Of a DNA stretch of 64,000 nt, positions 20,612 through 31,263 are shown piece by piece. Position 1 is the stretch's first letter; each line of letters opens with the position of its first letter. The position numbers were made by a program, and so were the translations under genes. This DNA is from Promethearchaeota archaeon (lineage in GTDB: Archaea > Asgardarchaeota > Lokiarchaeia > Sigyniarchaeales > SOKP01). The notes under the pieces were generated by a model. It did no database searches. It was not told the origin of the DNA and saw nothing but the letters and a program-made list of their open reading frames with translations. The stretch is from positions 1 to 64,000 of the forward strand of contig JBHLMP010000008.1 in the NCBI GenBank assembly GCA_048938025.1. The letters run 5' to 3'.

Positions 20612-20710
20612 GCCTCTGTGGCTTAGTGGTATAGCAACAGATTCGTATGAGTAACGATAAAGATTTATAGAAATATCTGTAGATCGGGGGTTCAATTCCC
20701 CCCAGAGGCT
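20612..20710 (+). tRNA. tRNA-Thr(CGU) with 27-nt intron at canonical 37/38 (20648-20674)
   Basis: GCCTCTG/CAGAGGC acceptor, ACAGA/TCTGT anticodon stem, loop TT-CGT-A[intron]A, GGGGG-TTCAATT-CCCCC T-arm. Confidence 0.9.
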
Positions 20711-20714
20711 CTCT

Positions 20715-21725
20715 TTATACTTCTTCAGTAGTAAAATACCGCTTTATCATCTGTAAAGCAAGCACTCGAAAAGCATCATTAATATTTTCACCTGTAAGAG
20801 CTGATGTTTCTATATAAGACAATCCTAAATTCTGTGCTAATCCTTCTCCCTCTTTAGTTGAAACTACTCGATCATCTTCTAAATCTATCTTATTACCAAC
20901 TAAAATAAGAGAAATATTTTCTGAGGCTTTAATGAATTCATTATGCCAATTTTCAATCTTCTCAAATGTTTCTCTTCTAGTTACGTCATAAACTAAAATT
21001 CCTGCTTCTGCTTTTGCCAAATAAGATAGTCTAACTCTTTTAAACTGGGATTGACCTGCTAAATCCCAAATGACAAAGCGAACTGCACTACTTAACCCTT
21101 CAAAACTACATTCTTTTTTCATTATTGAGGTTCCAATCGTAGACTTATAATCTTGTTCAAATTTATCTTCTACAAAACGATGTACCATACTTGTTTTTCC
21201 AACAGCACCATCACCACCTAGAATTAATTTATAAGCGTATTCTCCTGATTCTACTTTAATTTTTTGAAGTGTATCCACTTTCCTCTCAATATTTTGAAGT
21301 TCTTTTGTTTTAAATAGTTTAGGAATTACCGGGCTTACTGTTCGGCCATCAAAAATTCGAGCTATTTTCTCTGCTGTCAGATAAGCATAAGGAAATACTG
21401 GATCCACCATCGCTATGGCATCTAATACAGTCACTAAAATTGCTTCTGGTCCCGCTTCACAAAAAATGAATCTATGTTCTTCGGTATCAAAAGTGCCTGT
21501 TCCAAAAGAACCTGAACTAAATTCTTCTGTAATTCTATTTAACACGGGTTCTACTAAAGCACTAATACCCCCAACTATCTCTTCTTCAACAGATTTTTCT
21601 GGTGATCTTGTTAAAGCATCAATCACTAAACCATGTCTATTTAGTACTAGGACTGCTATTACATTTTCAACTGATTGACTATACCATTTAAGTAGCGCTG
21701 TTAATTTCTTTCTATCAACAGACAC
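20715..21725 (-). CDS. roadblock/LC7-domain + Rab-like small GTPase fusion
   Basis: N-terminal roadblock-like domain (VLNRHGLVI); G1 GDGAVGKTS, G2 TIG, G3 WDLAGQ, G4 NKID, G5 ETSA. Confidence 0.9.
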   Translation of the reverse strand: MSVDRKKLTALLKWYSQSVENVIAVLVLNRHGLVIDALTRSPEKSVEEEIVGGISALVEPVLNRITEEFSSGSFGTGTFDTEEHRFIFCEAGPEAILVTVLDAIAMVDPVFPYAYLTAEKIARIFDGRTVSPVIPKLFKTKELQNIERKVDTLQKIKVESGEYAYKLILGGDGAVGKTSMVHRFVEDKFEQDYKSTIGTSIMKKECSFEGLSSAVRFVIWDLAGQSQFKRVRLSYLAKAEAGILVYDVTRRETFEKIENWHNEFIKASENISLILVGNKIDLEDDRVVSTKEGEGLAQNLGLSYIETSALTGENINDAFRVLALQMIKRYFTTEEV

Positions 21726-22054
21726 GAATTTTTTACCTTGTAAATTTATACTTTTTATTTAATATTATATCTAGCATACTAATTTAAATAATTAGTATAT
21801 CTTTTATTATTCTAAGCGAAATCTTTATTGAAAATAAAAATCTATTTTTTAAATATATCAGATGAACCATTATTATCCTTTAAAGTTTAGATTTCTGTTC
21901 ACTATAAGCACTCTAAAACGCTTTTTAAATTTGATTTGAAGTATTAAATATTAAAAATTATGAAAATTAAGAAAAAATATTTTAAAAATTAATTACATTA
22001 TCTTAAATTATTATCTCAAGAGAATTAAAATAATTAAAAATGCAAAATAATATC

Positions 22055-22169
22055 GCAGGAGTTGCCAAGCCTGGTCTACGGCGCTAGCGAAAGACACTAA
22101 TATGTGTCTACGGTGATACTGAGGCTCTAGTGACATAGGTCTTCGTGGGTTCAAATCCCACCTCCTGCA
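22055..22169 (+). tRNA. tRNA-Leu(GAG) with ~30-nt intron at non-canonical position ~30/31 (22088-22117)
   Basis: GCAGGAG/CTCCTGC acceptor, long variable arm, GTGGG-TTCAAAT-CCCAC T-arm. Removing 22088-22117 restores CTAGA-CTGAGGC-TCTAG. Confidence 0.88.
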
Positions 22170-22250
22170 TCACATAACTTTTCTGTAAAAATATCACGTA
22201 ATATTTAATAGAAATATCAGATTGAAAGGATTATAATAATAAATTTTAAT

Positions 22251-23447
22251 GTGATAAGTATATCAACTTTAATATTAGACGATGAATCGGTTATAATTGA
22301 CCACGTTAAATCTTTAGCATTTAAACGTACAGCTTCATCTACAGGAGAAACAGAAGCAACAGCTTATATTGAGAATGAATTAGAAAAAGAGAAAATCAAT
22401 TCAAAGTTTGAATATTTTTCTTGGGCTGGACCTACGAGGGTTTTAATGAGAACAGCTTATTTAATCATATTAGTGTATCTCCTCCTTGCACGTGTAATTT
22501 TAGTTTTAGCAATATATTTTGTAATAAAATATTTATTTGAAAGAACACGTAATATGACCTTGATAAAAAAAGAATCATCAAAAAATATTTTTGCTGAAAT
22601 TTTGGCTAATAAAAAAGGAAAAAATAGACCATTAGTAATTTTTTCTGCCCATTATGATTCTATTTCTGCTAATATTCCTTATAAAGTTCAATGGGTAATG
22701 TTCCTTATATACAGATTAATAATTGGATTCTATGTTATAGTTATAATAGTTTTTTCATTGGGACTTACTCTTGATTTCCTTTCAATTATTCTTCTTCCTA
22801 ATAGTATTATAATTATAATTGCTATAATATCACTGATCGGAATCCTTATCTCAGTACCAATATTATATCTGGTATTTAATGAAAAACCATCCGCAGGTTC
22901 GATTGATAACGCAAGTGGGGTTTCTATTTTGATTGAATTAGCAAAACATTTCCAAAGAAACCCACTTGAAAAGATGGATATTTTATTTATATGGCCTGGA
23001 GCTGAAGAATGGGGCTTGAAAGGTTCAAAAAAATTCTGTAGGAAACACATTTTTGAATTAAATGAAAAATATGATCTTAATAGATCTGTTCTTATCAATA
23101 TTGACATGGTAGGATCTTACATTGGGCTTTTAGATCGAGTTGGTGTATTTAGAAGAAGATTAAATAAAAATTTAAATGATGTTTTTGAAGCGACCGCAAA
23201 AAATTTAAATATCCCTCTGACTAGATACAATAAATTAATATCACCAAAGAGTGATCACAGATCATTTCGAAGCTCTTTCAAGAGAGCAAGAAAAAAGCTT
23301 CAAATTGTTTATTTTCATTCCGCTAATGATACTAAATATATTCATTCTCCAAAAGACTCCCCAGATAAGTGTTCTGCTAAAAATCTAAATGGCTGTCTGA
23401 ATATTTGTTATCAAACCTTAAGAAGCTTAGATTTAAGAGTAGATTAA
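22251..23447 (+). CDS. M28 family membrane metallopeptidase
   Basis: SAHYDS, GSIDNASG, GAEEWGLKGS, NIDMVG, SDH, IHSPKD; TM inserts. Confidence 0.9.
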   Translation: MISISTLILDDESVIIDHVKSLAFKRTASSTGETEATAYIENELEKEKINSKFEYFSWAGPTRVLMRTAYLIILVYLLLARVILVLAIYFVIKYLFERTRNMTLIKKESSKNIFAEILANKKGKNRPLVIFSAHYDSISANIPYKVQWVMFLIYRLIIGFYVIVIIVFSLGLTLDFLSIILLPNSIIIIIAIISLIGILISVPILYLVFNEKPSAGSIDNASGVSILIELAKHFQRNPLEKMDILFIWPGAEEWGLKGSKKFCRKHIFELNEKYDLNRSVLINIDMVGSYIGLLDRVGVFRRRLNKNLNDVFEATAKNLNIPLTRYNKLISPKSDHRSFRSSFKRARKKLQIVYFHSANDTKYIHSPKDSPDKCSAKNLNGCLNICYQTLRSLDLRVD

Positions 23448-23448
23448 G

Positions 23449-26400
23449 TTAAAAAAAGTCTGATAATTTGTGTTGTTTGATTTTGGGATTATTAGTTAGA
23501 CTTTCTACATATTCTTCTATTAATATCATACGCTGTATAGTATAATCATCCAAATGAAAATCTTTACAAATCCTAAGGGCTCTTGGAATATATTTTTCAA
23601 TTCCTCCTCGATTTACTGTCAATATTACATTATTTCCACATCTAGGACATTTACCATTATTAGAAAGTGGGGGTCTTCTGAATTTTTCATTGCATTTTAC
23701 ACATCTAAAACCTTGTATAGCAAATTTTCTTAAATTTCCTAAAATATCAGGGTTAAAATGAGTCGTTAAAATTTTCTCAGCAACATTTTTTGCATCTACA
23801 GGTTTAATAATTTTTGCCAGATGCAATTGGGCATCAATTTTTTCATCCATAGTTTCATATGTTTTATAAGCAGTTGTTATTGGACCCTCATTTATATTAT
23901 CTGTAGGAATATTATACCCAAAATTTTCATATTGTTCTGGGGTTCCTAACCGACTTTTAACGAGTTTCATGATATTTTCTATTTCTGAAGGTGCCGAATA
24001 TTGTTCTGTAGCCTTATAAAACTCTAAGGGGTATTTAGATAAAGTATCAACATTATGCGCCTCTACATCTATTTCATTTGGATCTAATATCGTACCAATT
24101 ACTAAAGTTGCATCCATTCTTCCTCCTATTTTACTAGGAAGATAATGTCTTGAAAAGTTCAATAAAGGATCTAAGAGAAGCATAATACCATCCTCATCAC
24201 CGTCGCAATTTCTTCTTTTTGCAGCATGCCAGTAAGGATGAGCGTAAATAGAATGTGCAGAGGTAAAACCAATGACTCTACCGATGATTCCAGCGCTAGT
24301 ATGAGGAGCTAGACCAACAACAAGATGTCCTATCAAATCTTCTTTAGCAGATACATTATAAAAGCGCTCCATTTTATAAAAATATTCAAGTTCATCATCC
24401 AAAAAATTTGCAAGTTTAATAAAATATGTTGCGCAATCAATGGATACTACTACATCTTGAACTTTAAGTTCTAATATTTGATTATCATCTTGAAGGGCAA
24501 TCCCATAGATATCTTCTTCATATCCTAAACCCTTCAATATTTTAACAGAGGTTTCAATTTCTTTTGGCTTGAAATGAGTTAAAGGAATATCAGTAGCATC
24601 ATATCTTATTTCAGCCGTTTTATAGACTAAAACGTCATTTTTAGCTCTTAAAATCCCTTTTTCAATAGGTTCAGGAACTTTTAATTTATTTGTGAGGCCA
24701 AATATTCCTTTCAGTTTTTTAGGCATTGGTAAATTTAGGGTTTTTAATGTTGAATTCAGATGGTTTTTTATATTAAATAATGCTTCTTTAGAATTTTTTA
24801 ATGGAAGCCCACATAAAGAACAAATTTCATCATAAATTGGATATAACTTTTTACATTTTTCGCAGATTTTTTTAAATTGTGTAGGAGTTCCACATTTGGG
24901 GCATGAATTAAAAATGGTTATTATTCCACATTTAGGACATTGCTTTCTGCAAACATCAATTTTCACTTTTTCAAATTCAATTGCTTTTTGCACCGATCTC
25001 GTATTTCCTACTTTATCACTTAATGGAAATAAAACATGAATTCCTTTCATACTTTTTCTTTCAGATTTTTCAGGTCGCCCCATTCGTGTACCTATAAAAA
25101 ATGGTGCTTTGTTCCTAATCTCAATAGAAGAAATTTTATGAAAAAGAGTAAATACATTATCTTCTTTTTCAATTTTAATTGGATCTTTTTTGTTTAAATT
25201 GAATATTACTCTATAAATATATTCCATAGCATTACTAAATATTATTTTATTATCTCGTACTTTATGAATTACAAATGCTTTCTCTAAGATTTCTTTAATC
25301 TCTTTATTAAGATTTAAAATAAGTTTATTTTCTGAGGTTTTAATAGATTTTATAAAAACATCCCGCAAAGTTACTAAGTCTTCCACTGAAATGTTTCCCC
25401 AATAATCTGTATAAGTAGGATGTAAAGGTACTTTATATTTTCGAGATATTTTAATTGCTTCTTCAGCAGTAGGTATATTCTGAAAAGGATTTTCTATAAA
25501 CTTCGTTATTTTGGGATTCAGAATATTTTGTATTTTTGCAGCTCTTTCTAATTCTAAAGCCCAATATTCCTCAACATAACCAGAAGGAACTAATTTATGG
25601 TTGTTTTCTGCAAATTCACCAAATCCAAAAAGAATATCTCCCAAAAATAAAATTCTTTCAATTTCAGGAAATAATTCTTTAGCAATTCCTACATTTGGAA
25701 CTTTGATAACATCTCCGTTTTTCAGTTTTATGACGGGTGGTTCAATGCTGCTTACAGGACATATACTAGCACTTTTTCCTGGTCTTTCTATTCTAAGTTG
25801 AGTCCCAATTGCTATGAAATCATCCAATATTGTCATTGTTGCTGGATGAACTCCAGCTGCTGCTAATCCCGTATTACGTGAGCGTCCATATCTAATTCTA
25901 TGACCTCCAACCATAGAGGGATAACTGAATACAGGTCTCCCTCCTATGATATCAGAAACATATTTGGAATTTGGAGTGATTTTTTCTTTTTCATTATCGT
26001 TCGTTTTTTCTATAATTTCTTCCTTTTGGGCAACTTTTTTCAAATCAGCTAACCAATCCCATCCATCTAAGCGCATATTTTTTGCAATTTTATGTAATTT
26101 GGGTGCTTTAAGTAGTATTCCATCATTCAAAACTAAACAAGCACCCCCTCTAATATGATTTGTTTCAATTCTAGGGAGATCTCTAAAAGCTGAAACTTCT
26201 TCGTCCTCAGTAGAATCACCATTAATTTCAATAGATAAGTGTTTCACAGCATAACGTATTTCACGGTTAGATGAAGGATACTGTAAATGGACTCTTCTAT
26301 CATAAAGCTTAACTTCTTCTACATACCTACCAATTTCTGCTTCAGTAGCAACGTATTTAGGAATGTTAGATCTTTTTCTAACATAATCAGCAATTAATAC

Positions 26401-26874
26401 ACATAAAGCTGCAGTCGTTCCTCCCGCAGCTCTAATTGGACCAGCAAAATACAAAGATAAATATTTATTACCATGTTGATCTTGTCGAATTAAAATTTTT
26501 GATATCCCTTCAAGTGGGGCACTGACGACGCCCATTGTTTTTATAGCTAATCCAACTCTTATTGCTCTTTCTACCCTTTCCTCTAAGGATTCTATCTTTC
26601 CAATTTTTTTATCTAAAATATCTGAAACTACTCTAAAAACTATTTCATCTTCTGTTAATACCTGCTTCTTTAATTCTCTTATAACTTGAGCTACACCATC
26701 AGGACCGACTAATTTTTCTACTCTTCCTGCCAAATCTTTAGCTTGGGGAGACTCAACAAATAGTTCAGGATCCAGTCCTTTTTGACGTGCTTTTTCGGCA
26801 ACACTATAACATTGATTAACTTTCTTTTGTATAGCCTTAAAATATTCTTCCATTTTCTTACTCATTTCTATCAT
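23449..26874 (-). CDS. polC: DNA polymerase D large subunit DP2
   Basis: GPIRAAGGT, RYGRSRNTG, RMGRPEK, HAAKRRNCDGDED, Zn fingers; no intein evident. Confidence 0.98.
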   Translation of the reverse strand: MIEMSKKMEEYFKAIQKKVNQCYSVAEKARQKGLDPELFVESPQAKDLAGRVEKLVGPDGVAQVIRELKKQVLTEDEIVFRVVSDILDKKIGKIESLEERVERAIRVGLAIKTMGVVSAPLEGISKILIRQDQHGNKYLSLYFAGPIRAAGGTTAALCVLIADYVRKRSNIPKYVATEAEIGRYVEEVKLYDRRVHLQYPSSNREIRYAVKHLSIEINGDSTEDEEVSAFRDLPRIETNHIRGGACLVLNDGILLKAPKLHKIAKNMRLDGWDWLADLKKVAQKEEIIEKTNDNEKEKITPNSKYVSDIIGGRPVFSYPSMVGGHRIRYGRSRNTGLAAAGVHPATMTILDDFIAIGTQLRIERPGKSASICPVSSIEPPVIKLKNGDVIKVPNVGIAKELFPEIERILFLGDILFGFGEFAENNHKLVPSGYVEEYWALELERAAKIQNILNPKITKFIENPFQNIPTAEEAIKISRKYKVPLHPTYTDYWGNISVEDLVTLRDVFIKSIKTSENKLILNLNKEIKEILEKAFVIHKVRDNKIIFSNAMEYIYRVIFNLNKKDPIKIEKEDNVFTLFHKISSIEIRNKAPFFIGTRMGRPEKSERKSMKGIHVLFPLSDKVGNTRSVQKAIEFEKVKIDVCRKQCPKCGIITIFNSCPKCGTPTQFKKICEKCKKLYPIYDEICSLCGLPLKNSKEALFNIKNHLNSTLKTLNLPMPKKLKGIFGLTNKLKVPEPIEKGILRAKNDVLVYKTAEIRYDATDIPLTHFKPKEIETSVKILKGLGYEEDIYGIALQDDNQILELKVQDVVVSIDCATYFIKLANFLDDELEYFYKMERFYNVSAKEDLIGHLVVGLAPHTSAGIIGRVIGFTSAHSIYAHPYWHAAKRRNCDGDEDGIMLLLDPLLNFSRHYLPSKIGGRMDATLVIGTILDPNEIDVEAHNVDTLSKYPLEFYKATEQYSAPSEIENIMKLVKSRLGTPEQYENFGYNIPTDNINEGPITTAYKTYETMDEKIDAQLHLAKIIKPVDAKNVAEKILTTHFNPDILGNLRKFAIQGFRCVKCNEKFRRPPLSNNGKCPRCGNNVILTVNRGGIEKYIPRALRICKDFHLDDYTIQRMILIEEYVESLTNNPKIKQHKLSDFF

Positions 26875-27117
26875 AAAACATCAGAATCCAATACAATTTT
26901 TCAAAAGAAACTTAAAGAGAAACTGTATTATAATACATATTTTTAAGAATTAAATTAAATTGATTTATTAATCTACTATTTCATTAATAAATTAATAGAG
27001 AATGTTAATTTATCACAGTCTTTTTATATTAAAAGCAAAAATGTTTTTACTTTAATAATAAATAATTTAATTTTATCCTTCTATAATTATAATAATTTAA
27101 TCTTAAACTGTATAATA

Positions 27118-28905
27118 TTGAAACTAGATAATTTAGATAACAAAAAAATCATTTTAAGAAAATTGATTAATTCAGGGATAAATGTGAGTCCCCCTATATT
27201 GGATTTCTTCCTAAATCTAGATGATCCAATAAAAAGTGTTGATCAGATTATTAAAGATACAAGTTTTATTCCCAATTTTAATAGTCATTTAACCAAAAAT
27301 ATTTTAAAAAAAATTTCAAATACAGAAATTCAAAATGTTTTAAAAAGAACACTACTAACGGCAGAAATTTTACCAATTAAAGAAAATGTATCTTTACAAA
27401 AATCTAATGGTATAAAATCTTCAAGTGAATTTAATGAATATCAAACTAGTGAAAAGTTAGTAGAAATTAAAGAAATTACTGATAGTCTTCAGGGAATTAA
27501 TAATAATCAAGAAGAGCTTAAAATTGAACCTGTATCTCACGATTACTCTAAAGAAATCCCCAAATTTATTGGAAAGAAAAGAAAAAAAACATTCGAAAGC
27601 ACAAAATCATCATTAAGAATTTACCCAATTGCGAAAGAATATGATTCTAACTATGAAATTTTGAAAGATCCAACCGGAAAATTATATACAAACGGAGAGT
27701 ATAAAGATTTTTATGATCTTACAGTAGATAAATTTAATCAACTACGAGCTTTAATGAAAAAAAGACCAGATGTTTCATCAGCACATAATATTAATAATAT
27801 CTTAAGATTATCTAATAAAGTTGAAGTCTCAGTTATAGGAATAGTAAATGAAATCCGCAAAACTAAAAATGGAAACTTTTTTTTAGTTTTAGAAGATCTT
27901 ACTGGTCAAATTAATGTTCTAATCAAAAATGATTCTGAAAATCGAGATAATATAAAAATTGCTGAAAGAATTCTAAATGATCAACTAATTTATGTTGAAG
28001 GGACTTATACCCCTAGAGAAAAAGGTAAAAGTGGGATAATTTATGGTGTTTATATTACACAAATAGATATACCAACTGATTTCGAGCCAAATAAATCACC
28101 TGTTCCATTGTCAATTGCTTTAATTTCAGATACTCATATTGGAAGCAGAGAATTTGAAGAATTATTATTAAAAAGATTCATAGATTTTTTGAATGGTAAA
28201 ATTGGGAATAAAAATTTAAGAGAAATTGCAGGAAAAATAAAATATATAATTATCAATGGAGATTTAGTTGATGGGATTGGAGTTTATCCATCACAACGAG
28301 ATGATCTTATAATACCTGATATTTATAATCAATTTAAAAAAGCTTCAGAATTATTTTCAGAAATTCCAGAATATATAGAAATATTTTATAGTCCAGGAAA
28401 TCATGAACCTGTAAGAAATGCAATTCCTAGACCTTCAGTGCCTAAAAAATATGTGGAAGATTTAACTAATATTGGATTTAAAACAATAGGAAATCCTTCT
28501 GTTATTCAAACTCATAATGTTAATACCTTAATATATCACGGAGATAGTATACTTGATCTAAATATATTGATACCAGAACTTGAAAACAATAAACCTATTG
28601 AAACCATGAAAGAATTACTTAGATGTAGGCATTTAGCTCCGATTTATGGAAAAAAGACGCAAATTGCACCAATTAATAAAGATTGGCTAATAATTGATAA
28701 AATTCCTGAAATATTTCATACTGGTCATGTACATATCAATGGAATTGGTAAATACAGGAACGTTACTTTAGTTAACTCTGGTTGTTTTCAAACTCAAACT
28801 AATTTTATGAAAAGTTTTGGAATTAATCCTACTCCTGGAATAGTTCCTATTATTGAACTTGACACTTTTAAAAGTATTGAACTAAACTTAAAAAATAATC
28901 TTTAA
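27118..28905 (+). CDS. polB: DNA polymerase D small subunit DP1 (proofreading phosphoesterase)
   Basis: OB fold, ISDTHIGS, GDLVDGIGVYP, PGNHE, HLAP, HTGHVH. Confidence 0.96.
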   Translation: MKLDNLDNKKIILRKLINSGINVSPPILDFFLNLDDPIKSVDQIIKDTSFIPNFNSHLTKNILKKISNTEIQNVLKRTLLTAEILPIKENVSLQKSNGIKSSSEFNEYQTSEKLVEIKEITDSLQGINNNQEELKIEPVSHDYSKEIPKFIGKKRKKTFESTKSSLRIYPIAKEYDSNYEILKDPTGKLYTNGEYKDFYDLTVDKFNQLRALMKKRPDVSSAHNINNILRLSNKVEVSVIGIVNEIRKTKNGNFFLVLEDLTGQINVLIKNDSENRDNIKIAERILNDQLIYVEGTYTPREKGKSGIIYGVYITQIDIPTDFEPNKSPVPLSIALISDTHIGSREFEELLLKRFIDFLNGKIGNKNLREIAGKIKYIIINGDLVDGIGVYPSQRDDLIIPDIYNQFKKASELFSEIPEYIEIFYSPGNHEPVRNAIPRPSVPKKYVEDLTNIGFKTIGNPSVIQTHNVNTLIYHGDSILDLNILIPELENNKPIETMKELLRCRHLAPIYGKKTQIAPINKDWLIIDKIPEIFHTGHVHINGIGKYRNVTLVNSGCFQTQTNFMKSFGINPTPGIVPIIELDTFKSIELNLKNNL

Positions 28906-28938
28906 CTATTATGATATCATAAAAGAAATTGAATTCTA

Positions 28939-29625
28939 ATGAAATTTACAATTCCTCGCAATAATAGTTCAGAATTATTACTTTATATTTGGAAAATAAT
29001 AGATCTTCCTTTTATATCGCAGAATGATCTTCTATATAAATTATCATTTGAATTATTCCTTTTTTCGCCAGAGGAGGGTATAACTTTCATCAATGGATGT
29101 ATTAAAAATAAATCATTGATAAAGGATGTAAATAATAATCTTAAATTATCAAATATTTTAAAGCAAAACCTTAAAAATTGGCAAAATAAAAGAAAACAAG
29201 AAATATTAGAAAAATTACATTCAATTAAGAAAATAACCACAATAGAAAAGCAACCTGATAATGATGCTGCAACTAATTTTAATGTCCTAATAAGAACTTT
29301 CTTTGATAAGGGAACGTTAAATCGAGCAGCATCAATATCCAATAATGCGTATGATTTAATTGAGTTTAATCTATCCAAAGGAATAATTAAAGCTAATGTG
29401 TTAGGCTCAAAAGAAGAATCTTACATAATCGAGATAGATATTAATAACAAAACTATACGTCACAATTGTCACGATTTTGAAACTAGAAGAGCAGAGAACA
29501 AAAAATTCTGTAAACATATAGCTAAATTATTTCTCCTTTTAAAAGAAAAAAATTCGAATACTACTGAGATTTTCCTTAATAATATTGCAACCAATATTGA
29601 TAAATGGGAATTTTCTACTGCTTAA
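28939..29625 (+). CDS. SWIM zinc-finger-like protein
   Basis: ANVLGS...Y...HNCHDF...FCKHI (HxC...CxH variant of SWIM). Confidence 0.75.
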   Translation: MKFTIPRNNSSELLLYIWKIIDLPFISQNDLLYKLSFELFLFSPEEGITFINGCIKNKSLIKDVNNNLKLSNILKQNLKNWQNKRKQEILEKLHSIKKITTIEKQPDNDAATNFNVLIRTFFDKGTLNRAASISNNAYDLIEFNLSKGIIKANVLGSKEESYIIEIDINNKTIRHNCHDFETRRAENKKFCKHIAKLFLLLKEKNSNTTEIFLNNIATNIDKWEFSTA

Positions 29626-30929
29626 ATCAACTTTTTAAAAATATTATCCTTTAGTTTAACTTTATCTGATTGCAATAAAATAGGTTTATAATTTAAAATA
29701 ACTTTAATTTTTTCAATTTCAGAAAGTACGCTTTCTAATAATTTTATTTCAATATCTAGTTTAATTATTTTAGTTCTTCCATAATGACCCATTGACTTAA
29801 CTTCAGCAGAGATTATTCCAGCTAAAGTTAATTCATTTATATAATCACTTATTCTTCTTTTTGTCAATTGCCTAATATTAGGAATTAATCTCTTTATTTC
29901 TGAATGAATTTCATAAATATCACCAGATATAATAATATGCTCAGGACTAAATTTTGAAATTAAATATATTGTTGTTAAGATTATTTGCGCTTGTAATGGA
30001 ATTCCTCTTATATATTCAATAATATAATCATTTTCTAAATCAGCCTGAGCTTTTTCAACATACTTTGAAGAAATTATTTTATTTTGGCTTCTCTCAGCCA
30101 ATTCTCCTGCTTTTCTTAACAACTGAAGAGCTTTTCTAGCATCTCCATGTTCTTTTGCTGCAAAAGCTGCACATAAAGGTATAACATCTTCCTTTAACAC
30201 ACCTTCATGAAAAGCTATTTTTGTCCTATTATTTAGAATGTCTCTTAATTCACTTGCATTATAAGAAGGAAAAACTATATGCTCTTCGCCTAAACTTGAT
30301 AATATTCTTGGATCTAGGTTTTCTTTAAACTTTAATTTATTAGAAATTCCAATAAGACTTGTTTTACATTTATCTAAGTTTTCATTTAATCTAGTAAGAT
30401 CATATAAAATCTCATTTCCACCTTTTTTGTTTACTAAAATGTCTATTTCGTCTAATACTAAGAAGCAGATTGAATTCCCTACTTTTGAGTCTAGTAAACC
30501 TAATAGTTTTTTGAAAATAATATCTTTTGGAAGTCCAGTAGGTGGAATTTTCTCATCTCGTGAAATTGTGTTATAAATATGAGCTAAAATACGATAAGGA
30601 GTAGATACAATATTACAATTAATATAAATCCACCAAGGCTTTAACTCTGAGCATTGTTGTGCCAATTTTTGGCTCACATATCTTATAGTTGCAGTTTTAC
30701 CAGTTCCTGTCATACCATAGCATAAAAAACTTGGAGGAGTATCTCCTAATAAAGCACATGCCGTTTTTTCAGCAATATCTTTTATTTGAATATCTCGGTG
30801 TGGTAGTTCCTCTGGAATATATGATGATTCCAATGCGTCGCGATTATTAAAAATTCTGGGTCCTTTAAGATAATTCTTGTAAAATTTATCAATATTAAAT
30901 TGATGATCATTGCTATGATTTTTCAACAA
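29622..30929 (-). CDS. cdc6: Orc1/Cdc6 replication initiator
   Basis: YIPEELPHR, Walker A GMTGTGKT, LVLDEID, HGDARKAL, C-terminal wHTH with GRT. Confidence 0.96.
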   Translation of the reverse strand: MLKNHSNDHQFNIDKFYKNYLKGPRIFNNRDALESSYIPEELPHRDIQIKDIAEKTACALLGDTPPSFLCYGMTGTGKTATIRYVSQKLAQQCSELKPWWIYINCNIVSTPYRILAHIYNTISRDEKIPPTGLPKDIIFKKLLGLLDSKVGNSICFLVLDEIDILVNKKGGNEILYDLTRLNENLDKCKTSLIGISNKLKFKENLDPRILSSLGEEHIVFPSYNASELRDILNNRTKIAFHEGVLKEDVIPLCAAFAAKEHGDARKALQLLRKAGELAERSQNKIISSKYVEKAQADLENDYIIEYIRGIPLQAQIILTTIYLISKFSPEHIIISGDIYEIHSEIKRLIPNIRQLTKRRISDYINELTLAGIISAEVKSMGHYGRTKIIKLDIEIKLLESVLSEIEKIKVILNYKPILLQSDKVKLKDNIFKKLI

Positions 30930-30968
30930 TTATTAGCACCATTGATTCACAATTTTTATCAAAAATTT

Positions 30969-30981
30969 TTCCATTCGAAAT
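30969..30981. promoter_or_regulatory. mini-ORB-like Orc1/Cdc6 binding site
   Basis: TTCCATTCGAAAT, 10/12 match to the ORB core TTCCAGTGGAAA, 40 bp upstream of cdc6 in an AT-rich intergenic region. Confidence 0.45.
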
Positions 30982-31263
30982 TTCTTAACATAAGATCTAT
31001 TTCTATTGCATTTATAAAGTTAATTATTAATCTTAAAATTAAAAGAAAAATGTTAACGATTTAATAGCTGATTTTGATAAATCTTTTCAATAATTTATAA
31101 TATTATTGTCGGATTTTTAAAGGATAATTATTTATTGAGCAATATTTATTAAGATCTTATTAACCATCTAATCATTTAAAAAATATTTAATTCAATTAAA
31201 TATTTGATTAAATACATAAATTTTTCAATGAAATAATCTCCTTTATTAAGGTTTTATAATAAA

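Noticed and set aside
26875-27117. Replication origin between DP2 and DP1
   Set aside because: AT-rich but no ORB-like box seen; explained by divergent promoters.
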